A DNA stretch of 64,000 nt, from assembly GCA_024679065.1 (NCBI GenBank), contig JAGIQG010000011.1, forward strand, positions 39,556,001 through 39,620,000, read 5' to 3'. Position 1 is the first letter of the stretch. Each line of letters opens with the position of its first letter. A model generated the notes under the pieces. That model ran no database searches. It was not told the origin of the DNA and saw only the letters and a program-made list of their open reading frames with translations. The translations under genes and the position numbers were made by a program. The stretch is from Sphyrna mokarran. Its lineage: Eukaryota. Positions 14,308-27,008 of the stretch are shown here, piece after piece.

Positions 14308-16187
14308 GTACAAAGAAAGCCACATGTTGTATATTAGCGCATTATCTTTTTGATAAGTCATGCATTCATCTTGTCATTACCACGCTAAATATTTCTCTTC
14401 TGCAGGCTTCAAACTGCTGGTGCTTTGCTATTTGTTAATCTTATTTTACGATATCTGTCATTTCAATTGTTTGCTGATGCATTTGTGCCATTCCATTGCT
14501 GTACTGTGCTATTTCCCTAGAAATAATTGTCCTTATTATTAGCTAAGCATTCAAATGCAGAGGCTGAGAAATTTAGCTCCTCAGTGCTTGCTTTTCCATG
14601 CTGTACGAGAACCAATGTTTCTCCAAAATGGCTTACTTACAATTCTGGTGTGAGCCATGTTGTCACTTTTTGTTGAGAGTATTAGAGCTCATGCAGGGAG
14701 CATCTGTGAGACATTTGTAGACATCAGTCAGCATGTAACATTGACTTGATACAAGTGCTGCCAATATAGAGCTGAACACTCCAATCAGCAGTCTCTCTTA
14801 AGCTCACATTGCGGAGCCATTTCTGGTTAGCAATGGTACATGGTTAAGGGATCAGCAACTACTTTTAAGTTAGTTGATTGATTTCTACTGGCTGTACTAC
14901 ATTTGTCGAAAAGTTTAGTGGCTTTCCTTTAACCCTCATTCCATCAATATACGTTTTCAATTACACATGAACCTTCTGGATATTTTAAGGTTATTTCTCA
15001 ACGAGCCTAAATGATTTTAGCTGCATCTCTTCATATAGTGTTCTTCATATATCCCAAACTGCTTTCATATATTGCATCTTATGGTTTTGCTTATCCATTA
15101 AATAGAGGGGCACATTGCATTCGAAACACTAGCTGGAATCTTGTGGAGGTAATTGGGACCCTGGTTACCAACTGGAAAACATGGCAGGAGCCAATCATCA
15201 CCTCTTTTAGGGAAAGCATCTTGCTCCACACAGACACTCAACAATGCCAGCAGCCGTTTTACCTTAGGATCAAGTTCTCCAGGAGCAAAAATTAACCCAG
15301 CAATAGCTGCCAGCCAATCAGAGATGAGAACAATGATGGTAACATTGGTAATGGTGGCTGCTGCCAATGTAACACCCATCCGAAGACTGGACAGGCCAAC
15401 AATGTGTGATAGTGGGAGGGGTGGTACTGGGGAAGGTGTTGAGCAGCAAGGAACGTGGCGGTGGGGGGGGTTTTAGTGGGCACCTTCATCCTCCCTGAGT
15501 GCTGATTCCCTCGATCTAACTCTCAGGACTTTTGAACGAGACACGCCCATTACAAGAGACCACAAGTATGGCAAGCCCCCTTCCCGCTGCATGCTAATAA
15601 TTTAAAATAGCAGTGGTGGGATAAGATCTTTAAGTGGGTATTAATTGGGTCACACACTGGCCTTTCCACCATGGACTTATTTCTGGTGGAGGTGGGAAGA
15701 TGGCAGGGTCTCCACCCGACACCCTTTTATCTGATTAACAATCATATTCACAGTGCTATTGGAGGTAAATACATGAAGAGTTACAACTAAAATCATTTAG
15801 ACTAGTTGAGAAATAGCCTTAAAATATCCAAAAGTTCATGTATAATTGACCTGTCTTGTAGCTGCTTTACTAATTAAGTAGATTGCTTAAGGCAATAATA
15901 AATTTTTGTATCGTAGAATCATAATACAAAGTGTGAATGGAGTACGATTGTACACTGTGCAATGCATTAGGTGGATCTTTTGTATTTAAAGCTAAATGCA
16001 TTTCCGTGTTAAAATGTTCCATGTGCAAGTCTTTGATTTTTTTTGTCCAAAATTGAATGGAGTACGATTGTATGCTGTGCAATGCATTAGATGGATCTTT
16101 TGTGTTTAACGCTAAATGCATTTCTGTGTTAAAATGTTTCATTTGCAAGTCTTTGACTTTTTTTGTCCAAAATTGAATTTCTTAAAG

Positions 16188-16262
16188 TGCCAGAGATTCC
16201 TGGGGTTCTTCCTGAAGTAGCAAAACCATCTTTGCGAAAAGAGAAGGTTGCTCCAAAAGAAG
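16188..16262 (+). CDS. ttn: PEVK exon, array copy 7 (PEVAKP variant)
   Basis: Same splice sites; GAA>GTA substitution. Confidence 0.88.
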
Positions 16263-17522
16263 GTACAAAGAAAGCCACATGTATATTAGCGCATTATCTT
16301 TTTGATAAGTCGTGCATTCATCTTGTCATTACCACGCTAAATATTTCTCTTCTGCAGGCTTCAAACTGCTGGTGCTTTGCTATTTGTTAATCTTATTTTA
16401 CGATATCTGTCATTTCAATTGTTTGCTGATGCATTTGTGCCATTCCATTGCTGTACTGTGCTATTTCCCTAGAAATAATTGTCCTTATTATTAGCTAAGA
16501 TTCAAATGCAGAGGCTGAGAAATTTAGCTCCTCAGTGCTTGCTTTTCCATGCTGTACGAGAACCAATGTTTCTCCAAAATGGCTTACTTACAATTCTGGT
16601 GTGAGCCATGTTGTCACTTTTTGTTGAGAGTATTAGAGCTCATGCAGGGAGCATCTGTGAGACATTTGTAGACATCAGTCAGCATGTAACATTGACTTGA
16701 TACAAGTGCTGCCAATATAGAGCTGAACACTCCAATCAGCAGTCTCTCTTAAGCTCACATTGCGGAGCCGTTTCTGGTTAGCAATGGTACATGGTTAAGG
16801 GATCAGCAACTACTTTTAAGTTAGTTGATTGATTTCTACTGGCTGTACTACATTTGTCGAAAAGTTTAATGGCTTTCCTTTAACCCTCATTCCATCAATA
16901 TACGTTTTCAATTACACATGAACCTTCTGGATATTTTAAGGTTATTTCTCAACGAGCCTAAATGATTTTAGCTGCATCTCTTCATATAGTGTTCTTCATA
17001 TATCCCAAACTGCTTTCATATATTGCATCTTATGGTTTTGTTTATCCATTAAATAGAGGGGCACATTGCATTTGAAACACTAGCTGGAATCTTGTGGAGG
17101 CAATTGAGTACCTGGTTACCAACTGGAAAACATGGCACGAGCCAATCATCACCTCTTTTAGAGAAAGCACCTTGCTCCATACAGACACTCAACAATGCCA
17201 GCAGCAGTTTTACCTTAGGATCAAGTTCTCCAGGAGCAAAAATTAACCCAGCAATAGCTGCCAGCCAATCAGAGACCAGAACAGTGATGGTGACATTGGT
17301 AATGGTGGCTGCTGCCAATGTAACACCCACCTGGACAAGCCAACAATGTGTGATAGTGGGAGGGGTGGTACTGGGGAAGGTGTTGAGCAGCAAGGAAGAT
17401 GGGGGGCGCGGGAGGGGAATGGTGTGTGGAAGGGGGGGTTCTCAGTGGGCAACCCCATCCCCCCTGAGTGCTGGGTCCCTCGATCTGACTCTCAGGACTT
17501 TTGAACGAGACACGCCCATTAC

Positions 17523-18385
17523 TTGGACAAGTTGGACAAGTTGGACTTGGACAAGTTGCAGAGCTGGGCCGAGAGGTGGCAAATGGAGTTTAATGTGGAA
17601 AAGTGTGAGGTAATGCACTATGGCAGAAATAATAAATGTGTAGAGTATAGGGCAAATGGTAGGATTCTTAGTAGTCTAGATGAACAGAGGGATCTTGGTG
17701 TGTATGTGCATTGATCCCTGAAAGTAGGCAGTCAGGTCGAGAAGGTTGTTAGGAAGGCATATGGAGTCTTGGCTTTTATTGGTAGAGGGATTGAATTTCG
17801 GAGCCGCAACGTCATGTTGCAACTGTACAAAACTCTAGTGCGGCCGCACTTGGAGTATTGTGTGCAGTTCTGGTCCCCACATTATAAGAAAGATGTGGAG
17901 GCATTGGAGAGGGTACAGAGGAGGTTTACCAGGATGTTGCCTGGTATGGAGGGCAGGTCTTATGAGGAGAGGCTGAGGGATTTGAGGTTGTTTTCGTTAG
18001 AAAGGAGGCGGCTAAGAGGGGACCTTATCGAAACATATAAGATGATTAGAGGTTTAGATAGGGTGGACAGTGATAGCCTTTTTCCTAGGATGGAGAAAGC
18101 TAGCACGAGGGGACACAGCTTTAAATTAAGGGGTGATAGTTATAGGACGGATATCAGAGGTAGGTTCTTTACCCAAAGGGTGGTTCGGGAGTGGAATGCC
18201 CTGCCTGCAGCAGTTGTAGATGCGCCAAGTTTGGTGGCGTTTAAGAGGTTAGTTGATAAGTATATGGAAGAGAAGGGAATGGTTTAGTTTGGAGGGGCAT
18301 TGCTTTTTATATTGGTCGGCGCAACATCGAAGGCCGAAGGGCCTGTTCTGTGCTGTAATGTTCTATGTTCTATGCTCTGTGTTCT
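17523..18385 (+). mobile_element. 5'-truncated CR1-clade LINE (RT C-terminus plus 3' UTR), young
   Basis: WQMEFNVEKC...LYKTLVRPHLEYCVQFWSP...LERRRLRGDLIE CR1 ORF2 motifs; (TTCTATG)n tail; ATTAC target-site duplication at 17518-17522 and 18386-18390; absent from the other array copies. Confidence 0.95.
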
Positions 18386-18914
18386 ATTACAAGAGACCAC
18401 AAGTATGACAAGCCCCCTTCCCACTGCATGCTAATAATTTAAAATAGCAGTGGTGGGATAAGATCTTTAAGTGGGTATTAATTGGGCCACACATCGGCCT
18501 TTCCACCATGGACTTATTTCTGGTGGAGGTGGGAAGATGGCAGGGTCTCCACCCAACATCCTTTTATCTGATTAACAATCAAATTCACAGTCCTATTGGA
18601 GGTAAATATTTGAAGAGTTACAACTAAAATCATTTAGACTAGTTGACAAATAACCTGAAAAAGGTTTAGGAGATTCATTGTAAGGGACCTGTCTTGTAGC
18701 TGCTTTACTAATTAAGTAGATTGCTTACGGCAATAATAAGTTTTTGTAGAATCACAAAACCAAGTAAGAAGTTATTGTGTGAATGGGGTACGATTGTACA
18801 CTGAGCAATGCATTAGGTGGATCTTTTGTGTTTAAAGCTAAATATATTTCTGTGTTAAAATGTTCCATGTGCAAGTCTTTGATTTTTTTTTGTCCAAAAT
18901 TGAATTTCTTAAAG

Positions 18915-18989
18915 TGCCAGAGGTTCCTGGGGTTCTTCCTGAAAAAGCAAAACCAGCTTTGCGAAAAGAGAAGGTTGCTCCAAAAGAAG
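18915..18989 (+). CDS. ttn: PEVK exon, array copy 8: VPEVPGVLPEKAKPALRKEKVAPKE
   Basis: cttaaag|tgcc ... gaag|gtacaa. Confidence 0.88.
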
Positions 18990-20369
18990 GTACAAAGGAA
19001 GCCACATGTTGTATATTAGCATTGTCTTTTGATAAGTCATGCATCCATCTTGTCATTACCACGCTAAATATTTCTCTATTGGAGGCTTCAAACTGCTGGT
19101 GCTCAGCTACTTGTTAGTCTTATTTCACAATATCTGTCGTTTCAATTGTTTGCTGATGCATTTGTGCCATTTCATTGCTGTACTGTGCTATTTCTCTGTT
19201 TGAAGTAGAAAAATTTTGATTAATGTCCTTATTAGTGGCTAAGCATTCAGATGCAGAGGCTGAGAAATTTAGCTCCTTAATCTTGCTTTTCCATGCTTTA
19301 TGAGAACCAATTTTCTCCAAAATGGCTTGCTTACACTTCTGGTGCGAACCATGTTGTCACATTTTATTGAGGGTATTAGAGCTCATGCAGGGAGCATCTG
19401 TGAGACTTTTGTAGACATCAGTCAGCATATAACATTGACTTGATGCAAGTGCTGCCAATATAGAGCTGAACACTCCAATCAGCAGTCTCTCTTAAGCTCA
19501 CTCTGGTGATCCATTTGCCATTTAACAATGGTACATTGTTAAGGGATCAGCAACTACTTTTAAGTTAGTTGATTGATTTCTACTGGCTGTACTACATTTG
19601 TCAAAACGTTTAGTGGGTTTCCAGAATTGAAGGACTTGGTCCTGACTTGAAGGATTCTTCACAAATATTTAATCAGAGGTATGGGTCCAGCATCTTCTTG
19701 AACTGTGAAATGACTGGGCGAATAAACTGAGGATTTCTACGCAGAACAGGTTGCTGGAAGCAAGAGTCAAAGAGGGAAGAAGAACTCTCAATGGAAGCAT
19801 GCGGACCAGTATGTTAGACACATCCAATGCATTATGCATATCCTCAGTGAAATCCACTGTCTATTGCAGCCACAAGTGCAACATCGGAACAGGATGATGA
19901 TGGCACTGACAATGTCCATGAAAGTGACTGTGGCCAGGAATCTTCTGCTTCTGATTTTGTTGTGTCAGCATCATGAACTAATGTTCATATTCCACCAGTG
20001 TGTATATGTATAATGTTAGCTGAACTAGTCATGAGTTGTTGAAATGGTAGGCCTGATAATGGAAATGTTTACATGGAAATAATCTAAAGGTAGGCCTTGA
20101 AGATTTCAAATGATGGGGCTGTGACATTTTGTCATCGTGACATAGTAGGGCATGGCTATATTTTCTGGCAGATCTGCCAATGCACCAAGAACTTCATTGT
20201 GCATAACTACGAACCTTCTTCTGAATGTCCCACCAAAATCTTTATCTGAGTGATCTGCAGCAGAACGTTTGTGAAACCTCACCATCTGACAAATTAGCAC
20301 CAATGCTCCCCAGGTCCCCTGACCTGGCTATAGCCCACTTGTGCCTGGTGACTCACCATGTGAAAATCT

Positions 20370-21520
20370 TTTCTTTATTTATTTCTGGAATGTGGGCATT
20401 GCTGGATAGGCCAACATATGTTGCCCATTCCTAATTGCCCTTCAGAACGTCGTGGTGAGCTACCTTATTAAATCACTGCATTCCACATGGTGTGGACTGT
20501 TATCACTGGTAGGAAGAGAGTTCCAGGATTTTGTCCTAACAGTAGAGAAGGAATTGCAATATATTTCCAAGTCAGGATGGTGAGTGATTTTGGAGGAGAA
20601 CTTACAAGTGGTGGTGTTCATATGCATTTACTTCTCTCATGGCGATAGTTATGGATTTGGGAGGTGTGGTCTGAGGAGACTTGGTGAGTTCCTGCAGTTC
20701 ATCTTGTGGATGGAATACATTATTGCCACTGTGCGTTGGTGGTGAAAGGTGTGAATGTTTGTGGATGGATTGACAATTAAGGGAGCTACTTTATCCTGAA
20801 TGGTGCAGAGCTTCTTGAATATTGCTGGAGCTGCACTCGTTCAGGTGAGTGGAGAGTATTCCGTCACATCCCTAACTTGTACCTCGTAGATGATGAACAG
20901 GCATTGAGGAATCAGGAGATGAGTTACTTTCTATAGGAATCCTAGCCTCTGAGCTGCTCTTTAGCGTCAGTATGTCTGTAGCTAGTCCAGTTCAGTTTCT
21001 GGTCAATGATAACTCCCAGGATGTCGATAGTGGAGAACTCAGTGACGGTAATATCATTGAATATCAAAGGGTGATGGTTAGATTCTCTCTTGTTGGGGAT
21101 GGTCTTTACCTTGCAAATGTTATGGAGCAAATGTTACTTGCCATTTGTCAGCCCAAGCCTGGATATTGTCAACATCTTGCTGAATTTGGACATCAACAGC
21201 TTCTATATCTGAGGTGCGAAACATTGTGCAGTCATTGCTGGAATATTGTCAGGGCCCATAACCTTTGCAGTGCTGTCAGCTGTTTTTTGATATTCTGTTG
21301 AGTGAATCAAATTGGCTGAAGACTAGTTGATGCTGAGATGGGTCATCCACTCAGCACTTCTGGTGAATATTGTCATGAATGCTTCAGCTTTATCTTTTGT
21401 ACTGATGCTGGGCTCCCCCATCATTGAGGATGGAAATGCTCTACAAGCTTTTCTGCTCTAGTGTGCTCTTTAATTGTCCACCACTATTCACAATTGGATG
21501 TGGCAGGACTGCAGAGCTTG
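20370..21520 (-). mobile_element. Degraded LINE (CR1/L2 group) 3' fragment
   Basis: Minus-strand ORF with IDILGVIIDQKLNW (RT C-terminal motif); homologous to the element at 43590-46090; boundaries approximate. Confidence 0.7.
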
Positions 21521-21620
21521 CGTTTGTCTGTCACGTGATTTATGTGATTTTCATTAGATGTTTAAATAAATGTCATTTTTTTAAATAAGCTTTTGCTAAA
21601 TATAAACCATATTCCTAAAA

Positions 21621-21713
21621 TGCCAGATGTTGCTGTGAAACCTACTCCAGAAGAACCAGTTCGGGTTCAAAGGAAACCTACTCCTGAAGAACCAGTTCCG
21701 GTTCCAGTAAAAG
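21621..21713 (+). CDS. ttn: PEVK exon with mutated acceptor (AA): (VP)DVAVKPTPEEPVRVQRKPTPEEPVPVPVK; may start at 21627
   Basis: cctaaaa|tgccag|at; open frame; donor aaag|gtacaa intact. Confidence 0.65.
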
Positions 21714-22344
21714 GTACAAAAATACAACATTTTATACAAACATTTTCCCATATGATATGGTAGTTTTGTCTTGGTACTAAGGTGACAATTTTATCTTGTT
21801 TTCATAATATTTCAAAGGAAAAATTGACTGTTTGTTGTGCAAAAAAACTAATTTTCAACTGTTGTGAATGTGAGTGTTGTGATCATTCTTCTTATCTACG
21901 TACATATAAATTATGAATATTGTGATAGTATTAGCATTCTTCAATATTCTGCTAAGAGATGGATTAAATTGGAGTGAAACTTCTTTCAAAAAACTGAAAA
22001 TTTGAAAAAAATCATGAAATACTTTAAGAAAAATTGTGATGATGATATTGGAAAAAGGGAATAATAAAATGTTTCATATGTTAACAAAAAGAGTAAGGAG
22101 CCTTTTGTGTTATATTTTAGCAGATATATTACAATGAAGTAAAAATATTTCATGAACTATGTCAGTGATTCAAATTCATATTGACATTGCATTACATACA
22201 TAAGTACCAATAATTGGTACAACTTTACAATTATGTTATTGTTACAGTAGAGATTGTTGTGTGTTGTCCTCTTTGATATTTTAATACATTCTATATATTT
22301 TCTTCATTTACTGAAGTCTTTAAACAATCAATGTTCTTTTAAAG

Positions 22345-22428
22345 TGCCGGGGATCCCTAAAAAAGCAGTTATTGAAGAACCAAAACCAACCGTTATTTCA
22401 AGGAAAAAGGAGATTTCTCCATTAGAAG
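22345..22428 (+). CDS. ttn: PEVK exon, 84 nt: VPGIPKKAVIEEPKPTVISRKKEISPLE
   Basis: ttttaaag| ... gaag|gtatat. Confidence 0.88.
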
Positions 22429-22887
22429 GTATATTATTACCTTGAGGAATTTCATGCAAGCTTCATTCATTTATCATTTACTATCATCTTCATATCAGAA
22501 TGCATGATTTTTCTTCATAATCATCTTACGGGTTCTAATCAGAACCCTGTTGTTGATGATGATGCTTATTGTGGCATTTATTGATTTTATTTTATGCTAT
22601 GTTTCATTCTGTTGTGAGTTGTCTTTTGTGCCATGCTCATTTATTGTTTTAAGTGTTTTATTTTTGCTTTAACATAATAATTGGGGATTTAATCTGGAAT
22701 ATTTGGATCCATGGAGGGATGATTGTAATTAATTTAATATGTCATCAATTTAGAAAGTAAGGCTGAGCTCTACCGCAGAATCAGAGCGGACAAAGGTCCA
22801 TTGACCTCAGGTGGGAATTTTTGGTTTACCCCAATCAAGGCCCTAAAACCCCACCCTAAGTCTATTGTTTTCTTAGTTCCCGTGATG

Positions 22888-23216
22888 GGGGAGGTGATGC
22901 CTTGTAGTATTGTCGCTAGACCATTAATCTAGAAACTCATCTAATGTTCTAAGGGCCCGCTTCAAATCTCACCATTACAGGTGGTACAATTTGAATTCAA
23001 TAAAAAGAATATCTGGAATGAAAAATCTCCTGATGACCATGAAACCTTTGTTGACTGTCAGAAAAAACATCTGGTTCACTAGTGTCCTTTAGGGAAGGAA
23101 ACCTGCTGCCTTTATCTGATCTATGTGACTCTAGAGCCACAGCGATCTGGTTGACTCTCAACTGCAACTTGAAATGGGTAATAAATGCTGGCCATGTCCC
23201 ACGAATGAATAAAAAA
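22888..23216 (+). mobile_element. tRNA-derived SINE
   Basis: B-box-like gcttcaaatctc; 3' end aataaatgctggcc...atgaataaaaaa resembles the 3' end of the minus-strand LINE at ~20370-20440. Confidence 0.6.
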
Positions 23217-24618
23217 TAGTAGATTATTAAAATTGTGAATTGCCAGAGAAAGATTTTAGGATTTTTAAATGTTTTCAGTTATTTAAAGTGAGCAAAACAT
23301 AATTTTAAACGTAGTTTGATTTTTGCTGGCTCCCACTAGAGTTACTGCCATTTTTTTATTTGTAACATCAGTTGTCAAAATTATTAATTTGAATAAGGAA
23401 TGTCTTCTTCCAGCAAATAAAATGCTAAGAGGCAAGTTCAGACAACATGGAAACTCCTGACGGTTCAGTGAGTAAATAGAATTGAATTTTTACTGATCAA
23501 AAAGATTTGATCTGTAAAACCAGTTTTAGAGCCCAAGATGAGGCAGCTTGTTCAGACATGGTGAAGTTTAACAATGCCAAGATTCTTTTTGGCATTCTCT
23601 ATTTAAATAAGACAGAAAATTCCTTGCTTATATTCTAGAATCAGGTTTCATTCTGTTGCAAAAAGAATTCAAATGATTTAAAATGTGCTGGATTGTGGGA
23701 GGAGTGGTAAATGTGGCCAAGAAGGACACACAGTTGTAAGAACAGTGGCAGATTTTGAGAAAATGAGTGTTTCAGAGAAGAAATGAAGTTAAGCCTTCCC
23801 CAGATAACTGGGGAAGTTATCCTACCTAATTTTAGGTAGCAAGTGAAAAGGGGAAGGATTGTTACTTGTATTGTGATGAAGACAGAGTTCTGTGGATCTG
23901 TGGAGAAAATATGCAACATGAATAGCAATCCAAGTGAAATCACTCAGTTCACTTGTGCATTGCAACCAGTTCCTGGCAATAGTGGTTAATCCATTCATAT
24001 ATTTTACCACATTTCATCATGTTCATTCACCACTTTGCCTTGACACCCAGAAACTGTCATAGAGAAAGAGTATCTCAGGCAGCATTCTTCCATCTGGGAT
24101 TAAGTTCTGTGGCTTGGGTATAGAAGAAATACACCACCTTGTTTCTATTTGAATGTCCACCAGCCCCCTTACAGATGTATCTGAAAATCTATTGGTCCTG
24201 CTAGAAAGCTTCTTGTCCCTAGACATCTTGCAGCTTTAGATTGTTGCTTCCCTGCTTTGGTTACAAAAAAAGCATATTCACTGTAAGCCTTTAAGAAGTT
24301 GTTAAAGCATTTTATTTCTTACTTTCTAATCAATGAGCTGCCTATGGTGACTACATTTTATGCTCTCACTTGACTCACTCTTGCAAATTATGGTTGATAT
24401 GCAATTGGATAGGTCTACCCACTAACTTGTATAAATGCTTGCGCCTTTCACCATGCGCACACCTAATAAGAGACAAAAATCGACTTTAATGTCTCTGTTG
24501 AGTATAGTCAAACAGTTATCAAAATGCACAAATCAGAAGATCTCTTTCTAATCCTTGGCTTGCATGATAAATCAGGCAGTAAAATACTTCTTTTTTAAAA
24601 CCATGCCTTTGCTTAAAG

Positions 24619-24702
24619 TGACAGAGGTTGCTCCGGAGCCAATTGTTGAAGAAGTAAAACCAGCTCTTGTGCCAAGAAAAGAAAAGATTGCTCCAGCAAA
24701 AG
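24619..24702 (+). CDS. ttn: PEVK exon, 84 nt: VTEVAPEPIVEEVKPALVPRKEKIAPAK
   Basis: cttaaag| ... aaag|gtacaa. Confidence 0.88.
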
Positions 24703-25051
24703 GTACAAGATCACTCAGGATCCAGACACCAGCATTATCTTTACATCATGCAGCATTTTGTTCTTTCTTTTACAATAAAAATGATAGTTATTTTCCATAC
24801 TTGGTGCTTCAGCCAGAATCAAAGCAATTTCTTTGATGTTTTGACTAGTGCAATTTCACTTTCTGTATCTATTCATAGATTTTACCATTCCTCTACAGTG
24901 TAGTGAAGCTATAACACAATTTTGTTTTGTTATTTAGGTTACTCATGCTCTTTGATTTAAGTAACCAGCAATTCAACATTTTCATTACAATGCTTAGATG
25001 AAAATGTTATTTCAAGCAATGAGATGAATGTAAAGTTAATATTTTGGAGTT

Positions 25052-25356
25052 AATCATAAGAATTTCTGCAGCATAGAAGGAGGCCTTTGGCCCATCGAGC
25101 CTGCATCAACAACAATCCCACCCAGGTCCTATCCCCATAACCCCACATTTTTATCCCCCTAATCCCTCTGATACTATGGGGTAATTTACCATGACCAATC
25201 AAAGTAACCCGCACATCTTTGGACACCCAAAGGAAACATATGCAGACACGGGATAAATGTGCAAACTCCACACAGATTGCGACCCAAGGCTGGAATTGAG
25301 CCCAGGCCCCTGGCACTGTGAGACAGAAGTGCTAGCCATTGTATCATCATGCCGCC
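25052..25356 (-). mobile_element. V-SINE (HE1-like) with CR1-derived tail
   Basis: tRNA head with B box, V-domain tgtgtggagtttgcacat on minus strand; tail similar to the CR1 3' UTR at ~18315-18385. Confidence 0.8.
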
Positions 25357-25925
25357 TTAACATGTAATATACATATTATATGTAAAGTAAAATCACCTAT
25401 ATGAAAACAAACCTACTATTTAAGACAATTTTAAAATCTGTTACTATATTGCAACATGAATCATTTGATTTGAAAAAATAAAAACAGTGAAATTAATTTG
25501 TTTATTATTTATAAAGATAGCAAAAAAATATTTTAATATGATAGTATCAGTGCACCCAGATCACCAGTATTATCCACATTTACTTTTAAAACTGCAATCA
25601 AGTCTCTGTCACAAGTCAGAATATCTTGGTCAGGGACATTTATTAAAATAGGCAACAATAAAAGATAGTTAAAGTGCAAATAAGCTAGTTTAGATGTTCT
25701 TTCTCATGTATTATAAATAATATAAATATTATAAATAATAAATGTAACAATTCTTCTCTGTCCATGTCTCATTCGGTGTCTGCACAGGATTTGAATTAGT
25801 AATTATGCAAAGGTTATCTTGGCGATTTAATGTTTGTTTGTCATTGCAAGGAAAAACATCACTTTACATCAGCATTGTCTGCCGTATTGTTCATGTCATA
25901 ATTTCTTGCTTAAATTTTTTTCAAG

Positions 25926-26033
25926 TACCAGAAATTCCTAAGAAACCAATTCCCGAGGAAGTTCCTAAGAAACCTATTCCTGAGGAAGTTAAAACCATCA
26001 GAGTGCTGAGAGAAGAGATTGTTCCAGCTGAAG
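25926..26033 (+). CDS. ttn: PEVK exon, 108 nt: VPEIPKKPIPEEVPKKPIPEEVKTIRVLREEIVPAE
   Basis: tttcaag| ... gaag|gtaaaa; internal 27-nt duplication. Confidence 0.88.
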
Positions 26034-27008
26034 GTAAAAACAAATACGTCAAAGATTTTACATCAACATTCTTCATCCATCATATAACCTCTTATTCTTA
26101 CCATTACAACTATTTTCAAATCTGCTGCTTATTTAAATGTTATATGTATTTTCCATGTCTGTGTCTTTATGCTGGCCACTTCATCCATTGCAATCTCATA
26201 TACTGGCCCAAATCTTGCTGGAATGAAGCATCCTGTTGTGTGCACAATTATTTATACTTTTTCCTGCACCCTTCAGATGAATTGTTTTCTGTCCCATAAA
26301 TTGCAGAAAGTGCAAGCTGAAAGCATTATGGTTATGGTAATGGGGCATAATGGGACTTAAGTGAATGACAGAAACAACAGTCTATTTTCTTAAACAATGA
26401 GATTGGTGTTACACGAACAACCATCAGAGTACTTATGCTGTTAAGTTCCCAGCCCTAACATCTGTGCCAATCTTAATTTAAGTTCAAAGTGCAAGTTCCA
26501 ATAAGGTCTTAAAATATCAAGGCTGTTGAGGGTAAGATGTGGTTTGTGTGAGGCAAACAGTGGAGCAAAATGTCCTTAAAAAATCAAATTATGGCAATTT
26601 ATAATCAGTATCATAACTTTTTTGTGTCTCAATTTTCATAATGACAATGCATGTTATAAGCTCACCATTTTTCCAGGAAAATCTGAGCCAATGCACTTTG
26701 CGCATTTCTTTATTATTGTTATAGGAGTAGCTAAATATGTTGATACACTACTATGATAGTGTATCAAATAAATGTAAATTTGATCATGAACCTTCACATT
26801 TATAGAGAGATTTAATGAATATAAAACATGATACTAATACAATGTTTGTTATAACAATCTATTCAGCATTTCTTGTATGTTAGTTACTTTTATTGTGTAT
26901 GTTTCATGTTATCATGTTATGTCATGTTATGTATGTTTTATACATCTTCAAAGCTATATAAATGTTCTTGGTTGAATCGTAATGATTTAAAAAAAATATT
27001 CTTTCAAG

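Larger units (their letters stand above)
3185..19623 (+). repeat. 8-copy tandem segmental duplication (exon plus intron unit; base period 1835 bp)
   Basis: Exon-to-exon spacings 2091, 2074, 1955, 1835, 1955, 1955, 2727; inner copies nearly identical. Confidence 0.97.

Noticed and set aside
3270-17613. Recurring 60-170 aa ORFs (MILAAS..., MGPWLP..., MQMKHF..., MGVTLA...) that look like a repeated operon
   Set aside because: They recur only because the intron is tandemly duplicated. They overlap on both strands, show no recognisable domains, and change length with neutral indels.
17769-18287. 172-aa ORF as a host gene or a retron-like reverse transcriptase system
   Set aside because: It is the C-terminal part of CR1 ORF2 in a 5'-truncated copy with a target-site duplication and an upstream in-frame stop; the catalytic RT core is absent.
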